NCBI GenBank assembly: GCA_049418765.1
Contig: JBMSJJ010000007.1
Location: 9,602-73,601, forward strand
Source of the DNA: Rickettsiales bacterium
Lineage (GTDB): Bacteria > Pseudomonadota > Alphaproteobacteria > Rickettsiales > UBA1997
Reading direction: 5' to 3'
Length of the DNA: 64,000 bases
Under the pieces are notes generated by a model. The model saw only the letters and a list, made by a program, of their open reading frames with translations, was not told where the DNA came from and searched no databases. Position 1 is the first letter of the stretch, and each line of letters opens with the position of its first letter. Made by a program: the position numbers and the translations under genes. Below are positions 10,014 to 20,425 of this stretch, piece after piece.

Positions 10014-11066
10014 TTGAGCGACTACATCAGTAATAAAACACTAATTATTGGACTTGGGCTAATTGGCGGTTCGATAGCTAAATCATTTAGGCAATTCGGT
10101 GTTTCTAAACAAATTTTTGCAATTGATCAAGATAGCGAAGCTTGCCTCAAAGCTATCGATGAAAAAATTATTGACCAACAAATAGACATAAAAGATGATT
10201 TAAAAGATTATGATTTAATAGTTTTGGCAACGCCACTGGGTAATTTTGCTGAAATAATTAATGATATTTCTAATAAAATTGAGCCAAATGCCACTATTTT
10301 TGATGTTGGTTCCGTCAAAAATCTAAAAGAAATTAAAGCTCCTCAAAATATGGTTTGGTGTCATCCAATTGCCGGTTCACACCATCAAGGTCTGAGTTTT
10401 AGTGATGCAAATTTGTTTGTTCAAAAAAAATTCTGGATATGTAATGAAAATAAAAATTCCCACACTCAAAAAATTTATTCAATAGCACAAAAAATTCAAG
10501 CTCAGCCTGATTATATCGACCCCAAGCTTCATGATGAAATTTATGCTTTAGTTTCACATTTGCCACAATTTTTAGCTTTTTTAACTCGCAATTTAAGCGA
10601 GGTAGAATTTGAACATGATTTTCTTAAACGCTGTTTTCGACTAACTTCTTCTTCGGAAAAAATTTGGCACGATATTTTTCTTCTAAATCAAGAAAATTTG
10701 GAAATTTTTTACCATGAATTCTTTGACAATCTAATTGAACAAATGGAAAATTTACCAAAATTTAAAATTGATTCAAAGCTCTTATATACTGAATTATTTG
10801 GCTATATTGATAAAAACTTTATTGTCGATAAAAATCTAATTAAAGAATTTGCAGAAAATTTTGACATCATATTTTTTAATTTTTTAGTGGTTTTAAGTTA
10901 TTTGAAAATTGCTAAATTAAAAAATTATCAACAATATTCAGGCTCTGGCTTCGCCGATTTTACCTATCTCATTAATATTGCCAAAACCACTCCAGAAATT
11001 TTTGAGAAATTATTAGCCAAAAATCAGCAAAAAATCTATAATTTATTTGACCAAATCTCTACTTAG
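10014..11066 (+). CDS. Prephenate/arogenate dehydrogenase family protein
   Basis: TTG start. Rossmann motif [12 protein letters not shown], then LIVLATP, DVGSVK, HPIAGS and [13 protein letters not shown]. The C-terminal half is divergent. Confidence 0.6.
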   Translation: MSDYISNKTLIIGLGLIGGSIAKSFRQFGVSKQIFAIDQDSEACLKAIDEKIIDQQIDIKDDLKDYDLIVLATPLGNFAEIINDISNKIEPNATIFDVGSVKNLKEIKAPQNMVWCHPIAGSHHQGLSFSDANLFVQKKFWICNENKNSHTQKIYSIAQKIQAQPDYIDPKLHDEIYALVSHLPQFLAFLTRNLSEVEFEHDFLKRCFRLTSSSEKIWHDIFLLNQENLEIFYHEFFDNLIEQMENLPKFKIDSKLLYTELFGYIDKNFIVDKNLIKEFAENFDIIFFNFLVVLSYLKIAKLKNYQQYSGSGFADFTYLINIAKTTPEIFEKLLAKNQQKIYNLFDQIST

Positions 11067-11070
11067 TTTT

Positions 11071-12177
11071 ATGAATGATATTCTCAATGAAATCCGTCCA
11101 TATCGAGCAATTAAGCGTCGTAAATCAAGGCAAATTTTTGTAGGTAATGTGGCAATTGGAGGTGACGCCCCAATTGTGGTGCAAACCATGACTAATACCA
11201 AAACTACCGATGTTGATGGCACTATTCGTCAAATTAATCAATGTGTTGAAGTTGGAGCAGAGCTAATTCGCATTTCAGTTCCAGACCAAGAATCTTCTGA
11301 GTGTCTTGCACAAATTATCAAACACTCGCCAGTCCCAATTATTGCCGATATTCATTTTCACTATAAAAGAGCTATTGAGTCGGCTGTTGCTGGCGCTAAA
11401 TGCTTACGAATTAATCCCGGAAATATTGGCTCCGATGCTAAGGTCAAGGAAGTGATTAAATGTGCCAAAGATTATGGTTGTTCAATTCGAATTGGAGTAA
11501 ATGCTGGTTCACTGGAAGCTGACTTATTAAATAAATATCGCACACCAACCCCAGAAGCCCTAGTTGAATCGGCTCATCGTCATATCAAAATTTTAGAAGA
11601 TAATGATTTTTTTAATTTCAAAATTAGTGTAAAAGCCTCGGATGTTTTTTTGGCGGTGGCTAGCTATCAAGCTTTGGCCGAGTCATGCGATTATCCTTTG
11701 CATATTGGCATCACTGAGGCGGGAAGCTTATCGGCTGGAACTGTTAAATCAGCAATTGGTCTTGGAAATTTATTATGGCAAGGCATCGGCGACACAATGA
11801 GAGTTTCACTTTCAGCTGACCCAGTTGAAGAAATAAAAGTTGCCTATCAAATTTTAAAAACACTTGGATTAAGACATCGTGGGGTTAATCTTATATCTTG
11901 TCCATCATGCGCCAGACAAGGTTTTGATGTTATAAAAACTGTTGAAGAGGTAGAAAAAAGAATTGGGCATATTAAAAATTCTCACTCTGTTTCAATTTTA
12001 GGTTGTGTGGTTAATGGTTTGGGTGAGGCTGCACATACACAAATAGGTATAACTGGCGGAGGCAATAATCGTCATAATGTTTATATTGATGGCAAACCAA
12101 ATCACAAAGTTAGCAGTGAAGATTTGGTCGATCATATCGTCAAATTAATCGAAGATTTAGATAATAAAAAAATCTAA
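11071..12177 (+). CDS. ispG: 4-hydroxy-3-methylbut-2-en-1-yl diphosphate synthase
   Basis: [22 protein letters not shown] and Fe-S Cys in SCPSCARQ and GCVVNGLGE. The ATG at 11071 lies just after the upstream stop. Confidence 0.93.
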   Translation: MNDILNEIRPYRAIKRRKSRQIFVGNVAIGGDAPIVVQTMTNTKTTDVDGTIRQINQCVEVGAELIRISVPDQESSECLAQIIKHSPVPIIADIHFHYKRAIESAVAGAKCLRINPGNIGSDAKVKEVIKCAKDYGCSIRIGVNAGSLEADLLNKYRTPTPEALVESAHRHIKILEDNDFFNFKISVKASDVFLAVASYQALAESCDYPLHIGITEAGSLSAGTVKSAIGLGNLLWQGIGDTMRVSLSADPVEEIKVAYQILKTLGLRHRGVNLISCPSCARQGFDVIKTVEEVEKRIGHIKNSHSVSILGCVVNGLGEAAHTQIGITGGGNNRHNVYIDGKPNHKVSSEDLVDHIVKLIEDLDNKKI

Positions 12178-12182
12178 ATTAT

Positions 12183-12953
12183 ATGATTTTTAACAAAGAA
12201 AACATAAAAACTAATTTTTCCCTTAATTCAAGTGAATATTTAATTAAAGCAAATATTCAAAAACAAAGTGCCGAATTTTTATGTGAAAAATTAATTCAAT
12301 TTTTCGACCAAGAAAATTTAGATAAGGAATTTAATATTTTGGACTTAGGGGCGGGGACTGGTTTCATTGGCGATTATTTAATTAATAAATTAAGTAAAGC
12401 TAAAATTTATGAATTGGATTTTAGTGAAAAAATGCTCCAAAAGCGTCAAAATTTTCATCCACAAATTCAACAAATAATTGGCGATATTGAGGAACAAAAA
12501 TTTCCTGAAAAAAAATTTGATATTATTATTTCCTCATTTTCGTTACAATGGATTGAAAATTTTGAAAAATTATTAAAAAAATTAAAAAAAAGTGGAAAGG
12601 ATAATTTTATTTTTGCCTGCGCTTTGCCTAATGATAAAAGTTTTAAAAATTTAAATTCACCGTTTCAAATCCTTGATTTACCTAATCATAATGACTTAAA
12701 ATTTTTATTATCAAAAGAAAACTTTGAAGAAATATTTGTCGATAATCAAATTATTTTGCAAAATTTTTCTAATCCAATTGAAGCTTTAAAAAATTTTAAA
12801 AACATGGGAACAAATTATAATTTTTACAAAAATAATGTAAAAAAATTTTCAGATTTTGGTAAATTTAAAAAATTTTATTTGAATAATTATAATAAAAATT
12901 ATAATTTTAATTTAGATTGGTCAGTATCTTATTTAATTTTCAAATTATGTTAA
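12183..12953 (+). CDS. BioC-like SAM-dependent methyltransferase
   Basis: ANIQKQSAEFLCEKL, SAM motif ILDLGAGTG, and IISSFSLQWIENF, typical of malonyl-ACP O-methyltransferases. Confidence 0.55.
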   Translation: MIFNKENIKTNFSLNSSEYLIKANIQKQSAEFLCEKLIQFFDQENLDKEFNILDLGAGTGFIGDYLINKLSKAKIYELDFSEKMLQKRQNFHPQIQQIIGDIEEQKFPEKKFDIIISSFSLQWIENFEKLLKKLKKSGKDNFIFACALPNDKSFKNLNSPFQILDLPNHNDLKFLLSKENFEEIFVDNQIILQNFSNPIEALKNFKNMGTNYNFYKNNVKKFSDFGKFKKFYLNNYNKNYNFNLDWSVSYLIFKLC

Positions 12954-13393
12954 AATTTTTATTTAAAAAAAGAGGTTTAGAAGAGGTTAAAGAAAAAAAC
13001 TCTATCAAAAATAGAGCCATTGAAACTGGCAATGGAATTTCTCAATTAATTCAAAGCATTATTGAAAAAATCAAAGAAGAATTTGCAACTATCAAAGCTA
13101 AATCCGAAAATTTATTGCAAACAAATCTTGAGCTTGGATTGAAACATTTATCCGATGGAAATTTGGTTGACGCCAGACTTAGATTTGCGATAATGATTCG
13201 ATTTTGGCCAAAATTTAGTGAGTCATATTATCAAAAAGCCTATATTGAGCTCCTTCAAAATCAGCCTTTAAAAGCCTTAAAAACTCTTGATAAATTTTTT
13301 CGTCTCAAGGCTGAAAATATCGATCCCAAATTTTTTGAATTAAAATTACAAATCGAAGATTTAATCAAAAATCAAACCAATGAGCAAAAATAA
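12947..13393 (+). CDS. Hypothetical protein, TPR-like helical
   Basis: The ATG at 12947 overlaps the upstream TAA (ATGTTAA). Helical-repeat-like LSDGNLVDARLRFAIMIRFWPKFSESYYQKAYIELLQNQPLKAL. Confidence 0.45.
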   Translation: MLKFLFKKRGLEEVKEKNSIKNRAIETGNGISQLIQSIIEKIKEEFATIKAKSENLLQTNLELGLKHLSDGNLVDARLRFAIMIRFWPKFSESYYQKAYIELLQNQPLKALKTLDKFFRLKAENIDPKFFELKLQIEDLIKNQTNEQK

Positions 13394-14129
13394 GATTTTA
13401 ATTATTTTATGGGCCATATATTTTTCGCTATTTGGCAACCACTCAGCTTACGCCGATGATGATGAATTTAAAGAGTTTGAAAGTGCAATAATTAAGGGCT
13501 CAATCCATGATCCTTTTGAAAATTACAACCGCAAAATCTATAAATTTAACGACACCATAGACCGATATTTCTTTGAGCATCTGGCTCGTTCTTATCGTAA
13601 AACCATTCCTAAGCCAGCTCGATTATCTTTTAGAAATTTCCTTGACAATATGGCCTTACCACTTTCGGCGATTAATTCAATTGCTCAAGGTAAAATTGAT
13701 AATGGGTTGGCGACTTTTTCAACATTTTTAATTAATTCAACACTTGGAGTCGGAGGTTTTTTTGATATTGCTCGTAAAAAAGGCATTAATTATGAGCGAG
13801 AAGATTTTGGACAAACCTTGGGTTATTGGGGTTTTTCATCGGATAATTTTTTGATGCTTCCATTTTTTGGACCATCAAATTTTAGAGATTTTGTTGGTTT
13901 TTCAGTGGATAGAACCATTGACCCTCTTGGTTTTAACGCCCTTCAAGTTGGTGGAGATACTAACTTTATTGATGGCAGTAAAAGAATTTTCAATACCGCC
14001 TTTAAAGTTGTTGATAATCGTGAAGAACTACTTGACATTATTGACAATATCCGCCAAGATTCTTTTGACCCATATGCAACTATTAGAAGTGCATATTTAC
14101 AACGCAGACTTGCTCAAATTGAAAATTAA
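13380..14129 (+). CDS. mlaA: MlaA/VacJ outer-membrane lipoprotein
   Basis: DPFENYNRKIYKFNDTIDRYFFEHLARSY, NSTLGVGGFFDIA and DFGQTLGYWG. Confidence 0.85.
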   Translation: MSKNKILIILWAIYFSLFGNHSAYADDDEFKEFESAIIKGSIHDPFENYNRKIYKFNDTIDRYFFEHLARSYRKTIPKPARLSFRNFLDNMALPLSAINSIAQGKIDNGLATFSTFLINSTLGVGGFFDIARKKGINYEREDFGQTLGYWGFSSDNFLMLPFFGPSNFRDFVGFSVDRTIDPLGFNALQVGGDTNFIDGSKRIFNTAFKVVDNREELLDIIDNIRQDSFDPYATIRSAYLQRRLAQIEN

Positions 14130-14133
14130 TTTT

Positions 14134-14772
14134 ATGAAATTATTTAAACTTATATTATCTCTTATTTTTATTGCTTCATCATCAGCTATTGCTCAAAATT
14201 CAAGCAAAGAAGATATGGTTAAAAATTTTGTACAAATAATCGGCGATGAAATTATCGATGTTGCCAAAAATAAAAAACTTTCAGAAGTTCAAAAAAAACA
14301 ACAAATAATCAAATTAATCGACAAGTCTACAGATGCTAATTGGATTGGTAGATTTGTCTTAGGCAAGCATTTTAAAACTGCCAATGAAGAGCAAAAAAAT
14401 ACTTTTATGAATTATTATCGTGAGTTTATGATTAATACTTACGGTCCAAAATTTAATTCTTACGATGGCAAAAAATTTGTGGTTAATTCGGTGGAAAAGC
14501 AAAGTAATTTCTTCTTGGTTAAAACCGAATTTACCCCACAAAATTCAGATGTTGTGGTATTTTTTAATTTTAGAGTTAAAGAAAATGAGGGTAGTTTTTT
14601 CATTATCGATTTTATTGCTGAAGGCGTTAGCTTGATTGAAACTCAAAGGTCAGAATTCAATTCATCGATTAATGAGCAAGGAATAGATAAATTTTTGGAA
14701 AATCTAAAAATAAGAATTGAAGAGTTAAAACTGCAAAATAGCAAAGCCACTCCAAAAAAAGCTAAAAAATAA
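14134..14772 (+). CDS. mlaC: MlaC/Ttg2D-type periplasmic phospholipid-binding protein
   Basis: ATG at 14134 gives the signal peptide MKLFKLILSLIFIASSSAIA. Also ANWIGRFVLGKHFKTANEEQK and FMINTYGPKF. The longer listed ORF from 13867 is read-through over the mlaA 3' end. Confidence 0.75.
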   Translation: MKLFKLILSLIFIASSSAIAQNSSKEDMVKNFVQIIGDEIIDVAKNKKLSEVQKKQQIIKLIDKSTDANWIGRFVLGKHFKTANEEQKNTFMNYYREFMINTYGPKFNSYDGKKFVVNSVEKQSNFFLVKTEFTPQNSDVVVFFNFRVKENEGSFFIIDFIAEGVSLIETQRSEFNSSINEQGIDKFLENLKIRIEELKLQNSKATPKKAKK

Positions 14773-14793
14773 CTTAACTAACTTTAAATTAAC

Positions 14794-16107
14794 ATGATTA
14801 TCCGCTATTCACGACCGCAGATGACCAAAATCTGGTCGCAAGAAAATAAATATCAAATCTGGTTTGACATTGAAATTTATGCTCTTGAGGCTCTTGAAAA
14901 ACTTGGAATTGCTCCCAGTGAAACTGCAAAACGCATCAGGGATAATTTTGTGGCTAAGGGTGGAAAATTTAATATTGATCGCATTGATGAGATTGAGCAA
15001 ACCACCAAACATGATGTAATCGCCTTTTTGACTCACCTAGCAGAAATAACTGGCGAAAATTCAAGATTTATCCATTACGGCATGACCAGCTCCGATGTTT
15101 TAGATAGCTGTTTGTCGTTGCAATTATCTCAATCTGCAGATTTACTTATCAATGATTTAGAAAAATTATTGGAGGCATTAAAAAAGCGAGCCTTTGAACA
15201 TAAATATTCGATTTGTGTTGGCAGATCACACGGCATTCATGCTGAGCCTACCACATTTGGCTTAAAATTAGCCAGATTTTACGCCGAATTTTCTAGAAAT
15301 TTGCAAAGATTAAAAAATGCCAAGAATGAAATTGCGGTTTGTGCTATATCTGGTGCAGTTGGAACTCATGCTAATATTTCCCCAAAAGTGCAAGAATATG
15401 TTGCCAAAAAATTAAATCTTCAGTCAGAGGCAACTTCAAGTCAAGTTATTCCTCGCGACCGCCATGCAATGTTTTTTGCCACACTTGGAGTTATCGCTTC
15501 ATCAATTGAAAATATTGCAGTTGAAATTAGACATCTTCAAAGAACCGAGGTTTTAGAAGTTGAAGAATTTTTTGCTAAAGGACAAAAGGGTAGTTCGGCA
15601 ATGCCTCATAAACGCAATCCAGTATTAAGCGAAAACCTCACTGGCTTGGCTCGAATGGTGCGAAGCTCGGTTAATCCTGCCCTAGAAAATGTTGCTTTGT
15701 GGCATGAGCGCGATATTTCTCACTCTTCCGTTGAGCGTATGATTGCTCCCGATGCTTGCATTACATTGGATTTTGCCTTAGGGCGACTAACTAATTTGAT
15801 TGAAAATTTATTGGTTTATCCAAAAAATATGCAAGATAATTTGAACAAATTAGGAGGTTTAGTATTTTCCCAAAGAGTAATGCTTGCTTTGATTGACGAT
15901 GCCCAAATATCTCGCGAAGATTCTTATAAAATTGTGCAAAGCAACGCCATGAAAATTTGGCATAAGGAAGCCGATAATTTTTTGGAATTATTAAAAAAAG
16001 AAGATGAGGTTGTTAAAAAATTAGGAATTCAAAAGCTCGAAAAATTGTTCGATATTTCCTATCACACTAAACATGTTGAAGATATTTTTAACGAAGTTTT
16101 TAAATAG
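14794..16107 (+). CDS. purB: Adenylosuccinate lyase
   Basis: GMTSSDVLD and the fumarate-lyase signature GSSAMPHKRNP. Confidence 0.95.
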   Translation: MIIRYSRPQMTKIWSQENKYQIWFDIEIYALEALEKLGIAPSETAKRIRDNFVAKGGKFNIDRIDEIEQTTKHDVIAFLTHLAEITGENSRFIHYGMTSSDVLDSCLSLQLSQSADLLINDLEKLLEALKKRAFEHKYSICVGRSHGIHAEPTTFGLKLARFYAEFSRNLQRLKNAKNEIAVCAISGAVGTHANISPKVQEYVAKKLNLQSEATSSQVIPRDRHAMFFATLGVIASSIENIAVEIRHLQRTEVLEVEEFFAKGQKGSSAMPHKRNPVLSENLTGLARMVRSSVNPALENVALWHERDISHSSVERMIAPDACITLDFALGRLTNLIENLLVYPKNMQDNLNKLGGLVFSQRVMLALIDDAQISREDSYKIVQSNAMKIWHKEADNFLELLKKEDEVVKKLGIQKLEKLFDISYHTKHVEDIFNEVFK

Positions 16108-16132
16108 TAAATTTTAATTTAATAAAATAATT

Positions 16133-16639
16133 ATGACAATATCAATCTACGAAATCTCAGTTCCGGTATATATTAAAAATCTTGAAAATTTTTCAAATAT
16201 TTTAAAAAAAACTCAAACTCATTTAAAAAATAAAAAAATCGACGAACAAGTTTTGGTTAATGCTCGATTATTTGCCGATATGTTGCCACTTTCAAAGCAA
16301 ATTCAAATCGCTTGTGATTTTGCCAAGGCAAGCTGTGCTCGACTTGCTTCAGTCGAGATTCCAAGCTTTCCTGATAATGAAAAAACTTTTGATGAATTTT
16401 TGGAAAGAATTGAAAAAACAATAAAATTTTTAAAAACTTTTAAAGCCGAGGATTTTGCCTCAAGTGCCGAAAAGAAAATTTCTTATAGTGCACATGGGAT
16501 GGATTTTAATTTTATTGGTCGAGATTATTTATTAAATTTTGCCTTACCAAATTTTTATTTTCATTTTGTTACCGCATATTCAATCTTAAGAAATCAAGGA
16601 GTTGAACTCGGTAAAGCGGATTATATCGGCAAAATATAA
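16133..16639 (+). CDS. DUF1993-family protein
   Basis: The N-terminus MTISIYEISVPVYIKNLENFSNILKK and the length (~168 aa) match my recollection of this family. Confidence 0.7.
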   Translation: MTISIYEISVPVYIKNLENFSNILKKTQTHLKNKKIDEQVLVNARLFADMLPLSKQIQIACDFAKASCARLASVEIPSFPDNEKTFDEFLERIEKTIKFLKTFKAEDFASSAEKKISYSAHGMDFNFIGRDYLLNFALPNFYFHFVTAYSILRNQGVELGKADYIGKI

Positions 16640-16928
16640 ATTAAAAATGTTAAAAAAACTTTCACCACAAGAAGATAAGATTCTAATTGAAAGGCGATGA
16701 GGATAGTAAAAGAACTGAAATCCTTTGCATCAATTGTGGTAGAAATTTAGAATTCATAAAATATTTGTTTTTAATACACAAATTAGCGGATTAATATTAA
16801 ATTCCACTAATTAAATTTTTATAACACGAATTTAGTTTTGAGTTGATTAAAAATGGTATATGATAAGAGAGATTAATAACAACAGTTGATTATTTAAGTT
16901 AAAAAATATAAAAAAATGAAGTTTTAAT

Positions 16929-18820
16929 ATGACAGTTCTTATAGTTACTGCACCTTCGGAACCAAAACAAGGAGACCACGATTATGGTGCTATCTTAGCA
17001 AAAAAACTAAATGCAAAACATATTAGCAATCAACAAGATGTTGAAGATTTATTCTCCTCAGTTGATCAACTTGAAGAACCTAAAATTTTGCATTTAATAA
17101 TAAATTCTTCTGACGGTCAGATTTTCACTGGCTCATCTATCAAATTAGAAAAATTAAATGAATTAAAACAAAAAGGCTTCAAAATATGTTTGACTGCCAT
17201 TGAATATAAAAAAACACCAATTTCTGAAAATCAAGATATGGTTAATTTATTTAATCAATATTTTGATATAGCTGATAAAGTTATTTTTGTTGATGAAGAG
17301 GATAAAGAATGTGCTGTTAAAAAAGTGTCATCCTCTAAAGATTCTATACAAGACAAAATAACTAATTCTAAAGTAATCAAAATCCCAAACACTGTTGATT
17401 TGGATCAGGTTTTACCATTTAATGATAGAACGGAAAGCAATATCTTAACCTTTGGAATGATTAGACCCTATAAAGGTTTTGAATATTCACTTAAAATAGC
17501 TGAAAAATTAAAAAAACTAAATTCAAATATCAAAGTTATAATCGTTGGTTCAACCAACGAAAATTTTTTAGCAGAACTAGGGAAAATTTTAATCAAATCT
17601 TATGAAGGTGTATTATTTGAAGGAGAGGAGGCAAGAAAAAAAATTAAAGATATTCTTTCTTCGAAAGATACAAATTTAAAAAAAAACAATCATTACTTGA
17701 AATTCATAATAAATGTAAAGGAAAAGAATCAATAAATGTAGAATTACATTTTGATATAGAAGAGACCGAGTTAGCATCAATTTTTAGTAGATGTAAATAT
17801 TCTGCTAATTTTTATCCTGGAAAAGGTTTATCTAATCACTTCAGCGGAGTTTCAAATGCAATTATAATGGGGATGAAGGTTTATGGATTGGTTGGTAATG
17901 TAACTCCTGATTTTTTTAAAGATAGTGGTCGATATACAGATTTAGCAATGACATTTACGGATAGATATTTAGATTTTGTTGCCAGAAAAGTTATTGAAGA
18001 TATATTAAATATTGAATCCAATAAAGAATTACAAAGGCAATTAGAACAAAAAATTAAAGTTTTTATAGAGGAAGAGGAAATTGGTATTGATAATGTAGCA
18101 AGAAAACATCAAGAAGTTTATGATAGTTTAACAACTGAAAATATTAAATCTAATATTAATCCTCCGTTATTATCATCAGAACCAGTTACAGCAACTATTG
18201 AAAATACTCTAAAAAAGTTAACTGGAATCGATGTTGCTGACTTAGAAAAACATGAAAAATTATTTGTTTATCATCTTTTTCTGGAGAGTCGCGAAGAGAT
18301 TAGAAAATCAACTAAAAGCGACGAAGAAAAAACCAAACATCTCACAGAATATTTTAATAATAAAATTGATACATTTTACGGATATCTAGATGATGAAGAA
18401 TTGAAAAAACTTAAGATCAATGAACAAATTTTGAAAGATAATTTTACAGCGATTAATGATGGATTAAATTCAACCAAAGAAAATCCTTACGAAGGAAAAG
18501 ATCAGTGGTACAGGATTTATGGTCACGATGATGTTTTTGATAGCCAATTATGGAAAATCGATAATTGGTTAGATTTGGAAATGAGATTTGCTCTTAATAT
18601 TAGAAAAGAAAATGAAAACAGTCGTTTAGAAGAATTTCATGATTATGCTAATCCATTTAAACCAGGATTTCCGTTTGGAACTATTGTGGCTTCAACCCCG
18701 GGTTTGATCATGACCGCATTAAGGATGGGCGTTAATAGCACCAAATTTGTTACAAAAAATATTGTAAAAATTTTGGATTGTAAAAAAATCGATAATAGTA
18801 ATTTAACAAAAGGGCGTTAA
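16929..18820 (+). pseudogene. Frameshifted GT-B (GT1/GT4-like) glycosyltransferase with a ~200-aa C-terminal extension
   Basis: ORF 16929-17735 (frame 0) and ORF 17867-18820 (frame 2) are one gene. Frame 2 is already open from 17648. Adding one A to the A9 run at 17678-17686 joins ...SSKDTNLKK to KQSLLEIHNKCKGKESINVELHFDIEETELASIFSRCKYSANFYPGKGLSNHFSGVSNAIIMGMKVYG. This continues ILTFGMIRPYKGFEYSLKIAEKL...VIIVGS and completes a GT-B C-terminal domain. Confidence 0.6.
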
Positions 18821-18861
18821 TAATTCAGCCTCAATTTAAGAGATATCTATAAAACAAGCTA

Positions 18862-18906
18862 TGCACCATCCCCGTTTTTTAAACAAAAACTCCCTTCTAA
18901 ATTGAT
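18862..18906. repeat. IS left terminal inverted repeat
   Basis: TGCACCATCCCCGTTTTTTAAACAAAAACTCCCTTCTAAATTGAT. The reverse complement of 20270-20314 is TGCACTGTCCCCGTTTTTTAAACAAAAACTTCCTTCTAAATTGAT, giving 3 mismatches by eye. Confidence 0.75.
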
Positions 18907-19023
18907 GGCAAGGCCCCCACAAATTTAATGCAACTTCTCCTTTCTTGAATTGATCAAAAATCACATTTAAAACTTGTTTTAAATGCACTAAAATTTAATC
19001 AATCAAATTAAGGATAAAATTAT

Positions 19024-19407
19024 ATGCCAAAAGGAATTCCATGTTTAACAAAAATTCAAAAGCAAGAAATCATTAAACGAGTATCCGATAAAGGTGAGTG
19101 CATAGTTCATTTAGCTAAAGAATTTAAAGTTGATCCAAAAATAATTTATAACTTACTTAAAACCAAAGCCAATCAACATCAAGCAATCCTTGAATTGGCA
19201 AAGCTCAAACGAGAAAATGAGGCTTTAATTTCAATTATTGGTTCTTTGGTAGCCGAAAGTCGTATAGGGAATAAAAAGAAAGAAGCGAGAGGTTATTTTG
19301 GATTATTTTTCATCTTCAAAAAAGGCAAAAGTCAGCAAATCTGTTGCTTACAGCCAAGGTTGCAGTCTCTCGCAATTCTCTTTATTATAAACCAAAACTT
19401 CCAGTAA
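19024..19407 (+). CDS. IS3-family orfA (helix-turn-helix protein)
   Basis: KIQKQEIIKRVSDKGECIVHLAKEFKVDPKIIYNLLK (HTH) followed by a leucine-zipper-like LELAKLKRENEAL. The tail beyond ~19320 is the out-of-frame overlap with the transposase frame. Confidence 0.6.
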   Translation: MPKGIPCLTKIQKQEIIKRVSDKGECIVHLAKEFKVDPKIIYNLLKTKANQHQAILELAKLKRENEALISIIGSLVAESRIGNKKKEARGYFGLFFIFKKGKSQQICCLQPRLQSLAILFIINQNFQ

Positions 19408-20210
19408 AAGATTTAATTTTAAAACAACAAATTGAAGCGGTTTTAATTGAGCATAAATCTTATGGTCATCGAAGAGTCGCCATAGTTTTAGGAATCAATA
19501 AAAAACCGGTTTCAAGAGTTATGAAGTTGTTTAATATTAAATGTAAAAAATCAAGATAAAAACCGAGATTTAAGAAAGATAAATTTCCAAAAAATTCGGC
19601 TAAGAATTTGATTTTAGAAACAGTGATAAATAAGCTAAATCAAGTTTGGGTTAGTGATTTTACTTACATTTCTTATCAAAATAAATTTATGTATTTAGCG
19701 ACAATTCTTGATTCATTTACGAGAGAAGTTATTGCATAGAATATTTCGAGCAGACACAATAAAGAGTTGATAACACAAACATTGCTAAACGCCATAAACA
19801 AAAGAGAAAAATCACCGCAAATATTCCACTCTGATCAGGTTAGCGACAATTTTCTTCAGAAAATTGCAACTGATTCAAATAAAAATAAAATCTATCAGTA
19901 GTATAAAAGCGATGATTTGGCTAATATTTTAAGATCAAAAAATATCAAGGCTTCAATGAGTAAAAAAAGCTCTCAATGGCAGAATGGAAGACAAGAATCT
20001 TTTTATCAAAAACTTAAATTTGAGCTTGAAGATTTTAACGCTTATCAAAGCCAAGGTGAGTTGATTGAGACAATTGCTTTGCAGATTTATTATTACAATA
20101 ATAAACGAATTCATCTTGCGCTTAAAATGCCACCAGCATTGTTTTATCAACGATTTAGCCAAGAAAGTTTTTCAAAAAAATCGACGCTTTTGCATCTATC
20201 TTATGCATAA
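19344..20210 (+). pseudogene. IS3-family transposase orfB (DDE integrase core), inactivated
   Basis: A single frame reads HKSYGHRRVAIVLG...(TAA)...NQVWVSDFTYISYQNKFMYLATILDSFTREVIA(TAG)...IFHSDQ...(TAG)...ASMSKKSSQWQNGRQESFYQKLKFE...YYNNKRIHLAL. Confidence 0.7.
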
Positions 20211-20269
20211 GAGAGATGCAAAACAACAATTGGTCATTTAAAGTTAAAAAAATATAATGATCTCTGTCG

Positions 20270-20314
20270 ATCAATTTAGAAGGAAGTTTTTGTTTAAAAA
20301 ACGGGGACAGTGCA
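20270..20314. repeat. IS right terminal inverted repeat
   Basis: ATCAATTTAGAAGGAAGTTTTTGTTTAAAAAACGGGGACAGTGCA, the partner of 18862-18906. Weaker similarity continues ~10 bp outward on both sides (TAGCTT). Confidence 0.75.
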
Positions 20315-20425
20315 AATAGCTTCTTTATTTTTTTCAAATTCTTTCATATCAAATTTTTATAAGTAAGTTAATTTTTATGTCAAAAGAATTTGTAAATTTT
20401 TTAATAAACTATAATTAAAATCGAT

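Larger units (their letters stand above)
18862..20314 (+). mobile_element. Decayed IS3-family insertion sequence (~1.45 kb)
   Basis: Bounded by imperfect ~45-bp inverted repeats starting TG and ending CA. The orfA HTH protein is followed by a -1-frame DDE transposase carrying WVSDFTYI, HSDQ and RQESFY. That frame is broken by three in-frame stops at 19557-19559, 19737-19739 and 19899-19901. Confidence 0.8.

Noticed and set aside
13867-14133. The long N-terminal extension of the 301-aa ORF overlapping the mlaA 3' end.
   Set aside because: The extension has no signal peptide. The internal ATG at 14134 gives a clean signal peptide and a normal MlaC length, 4 nt after the mlaA stop.
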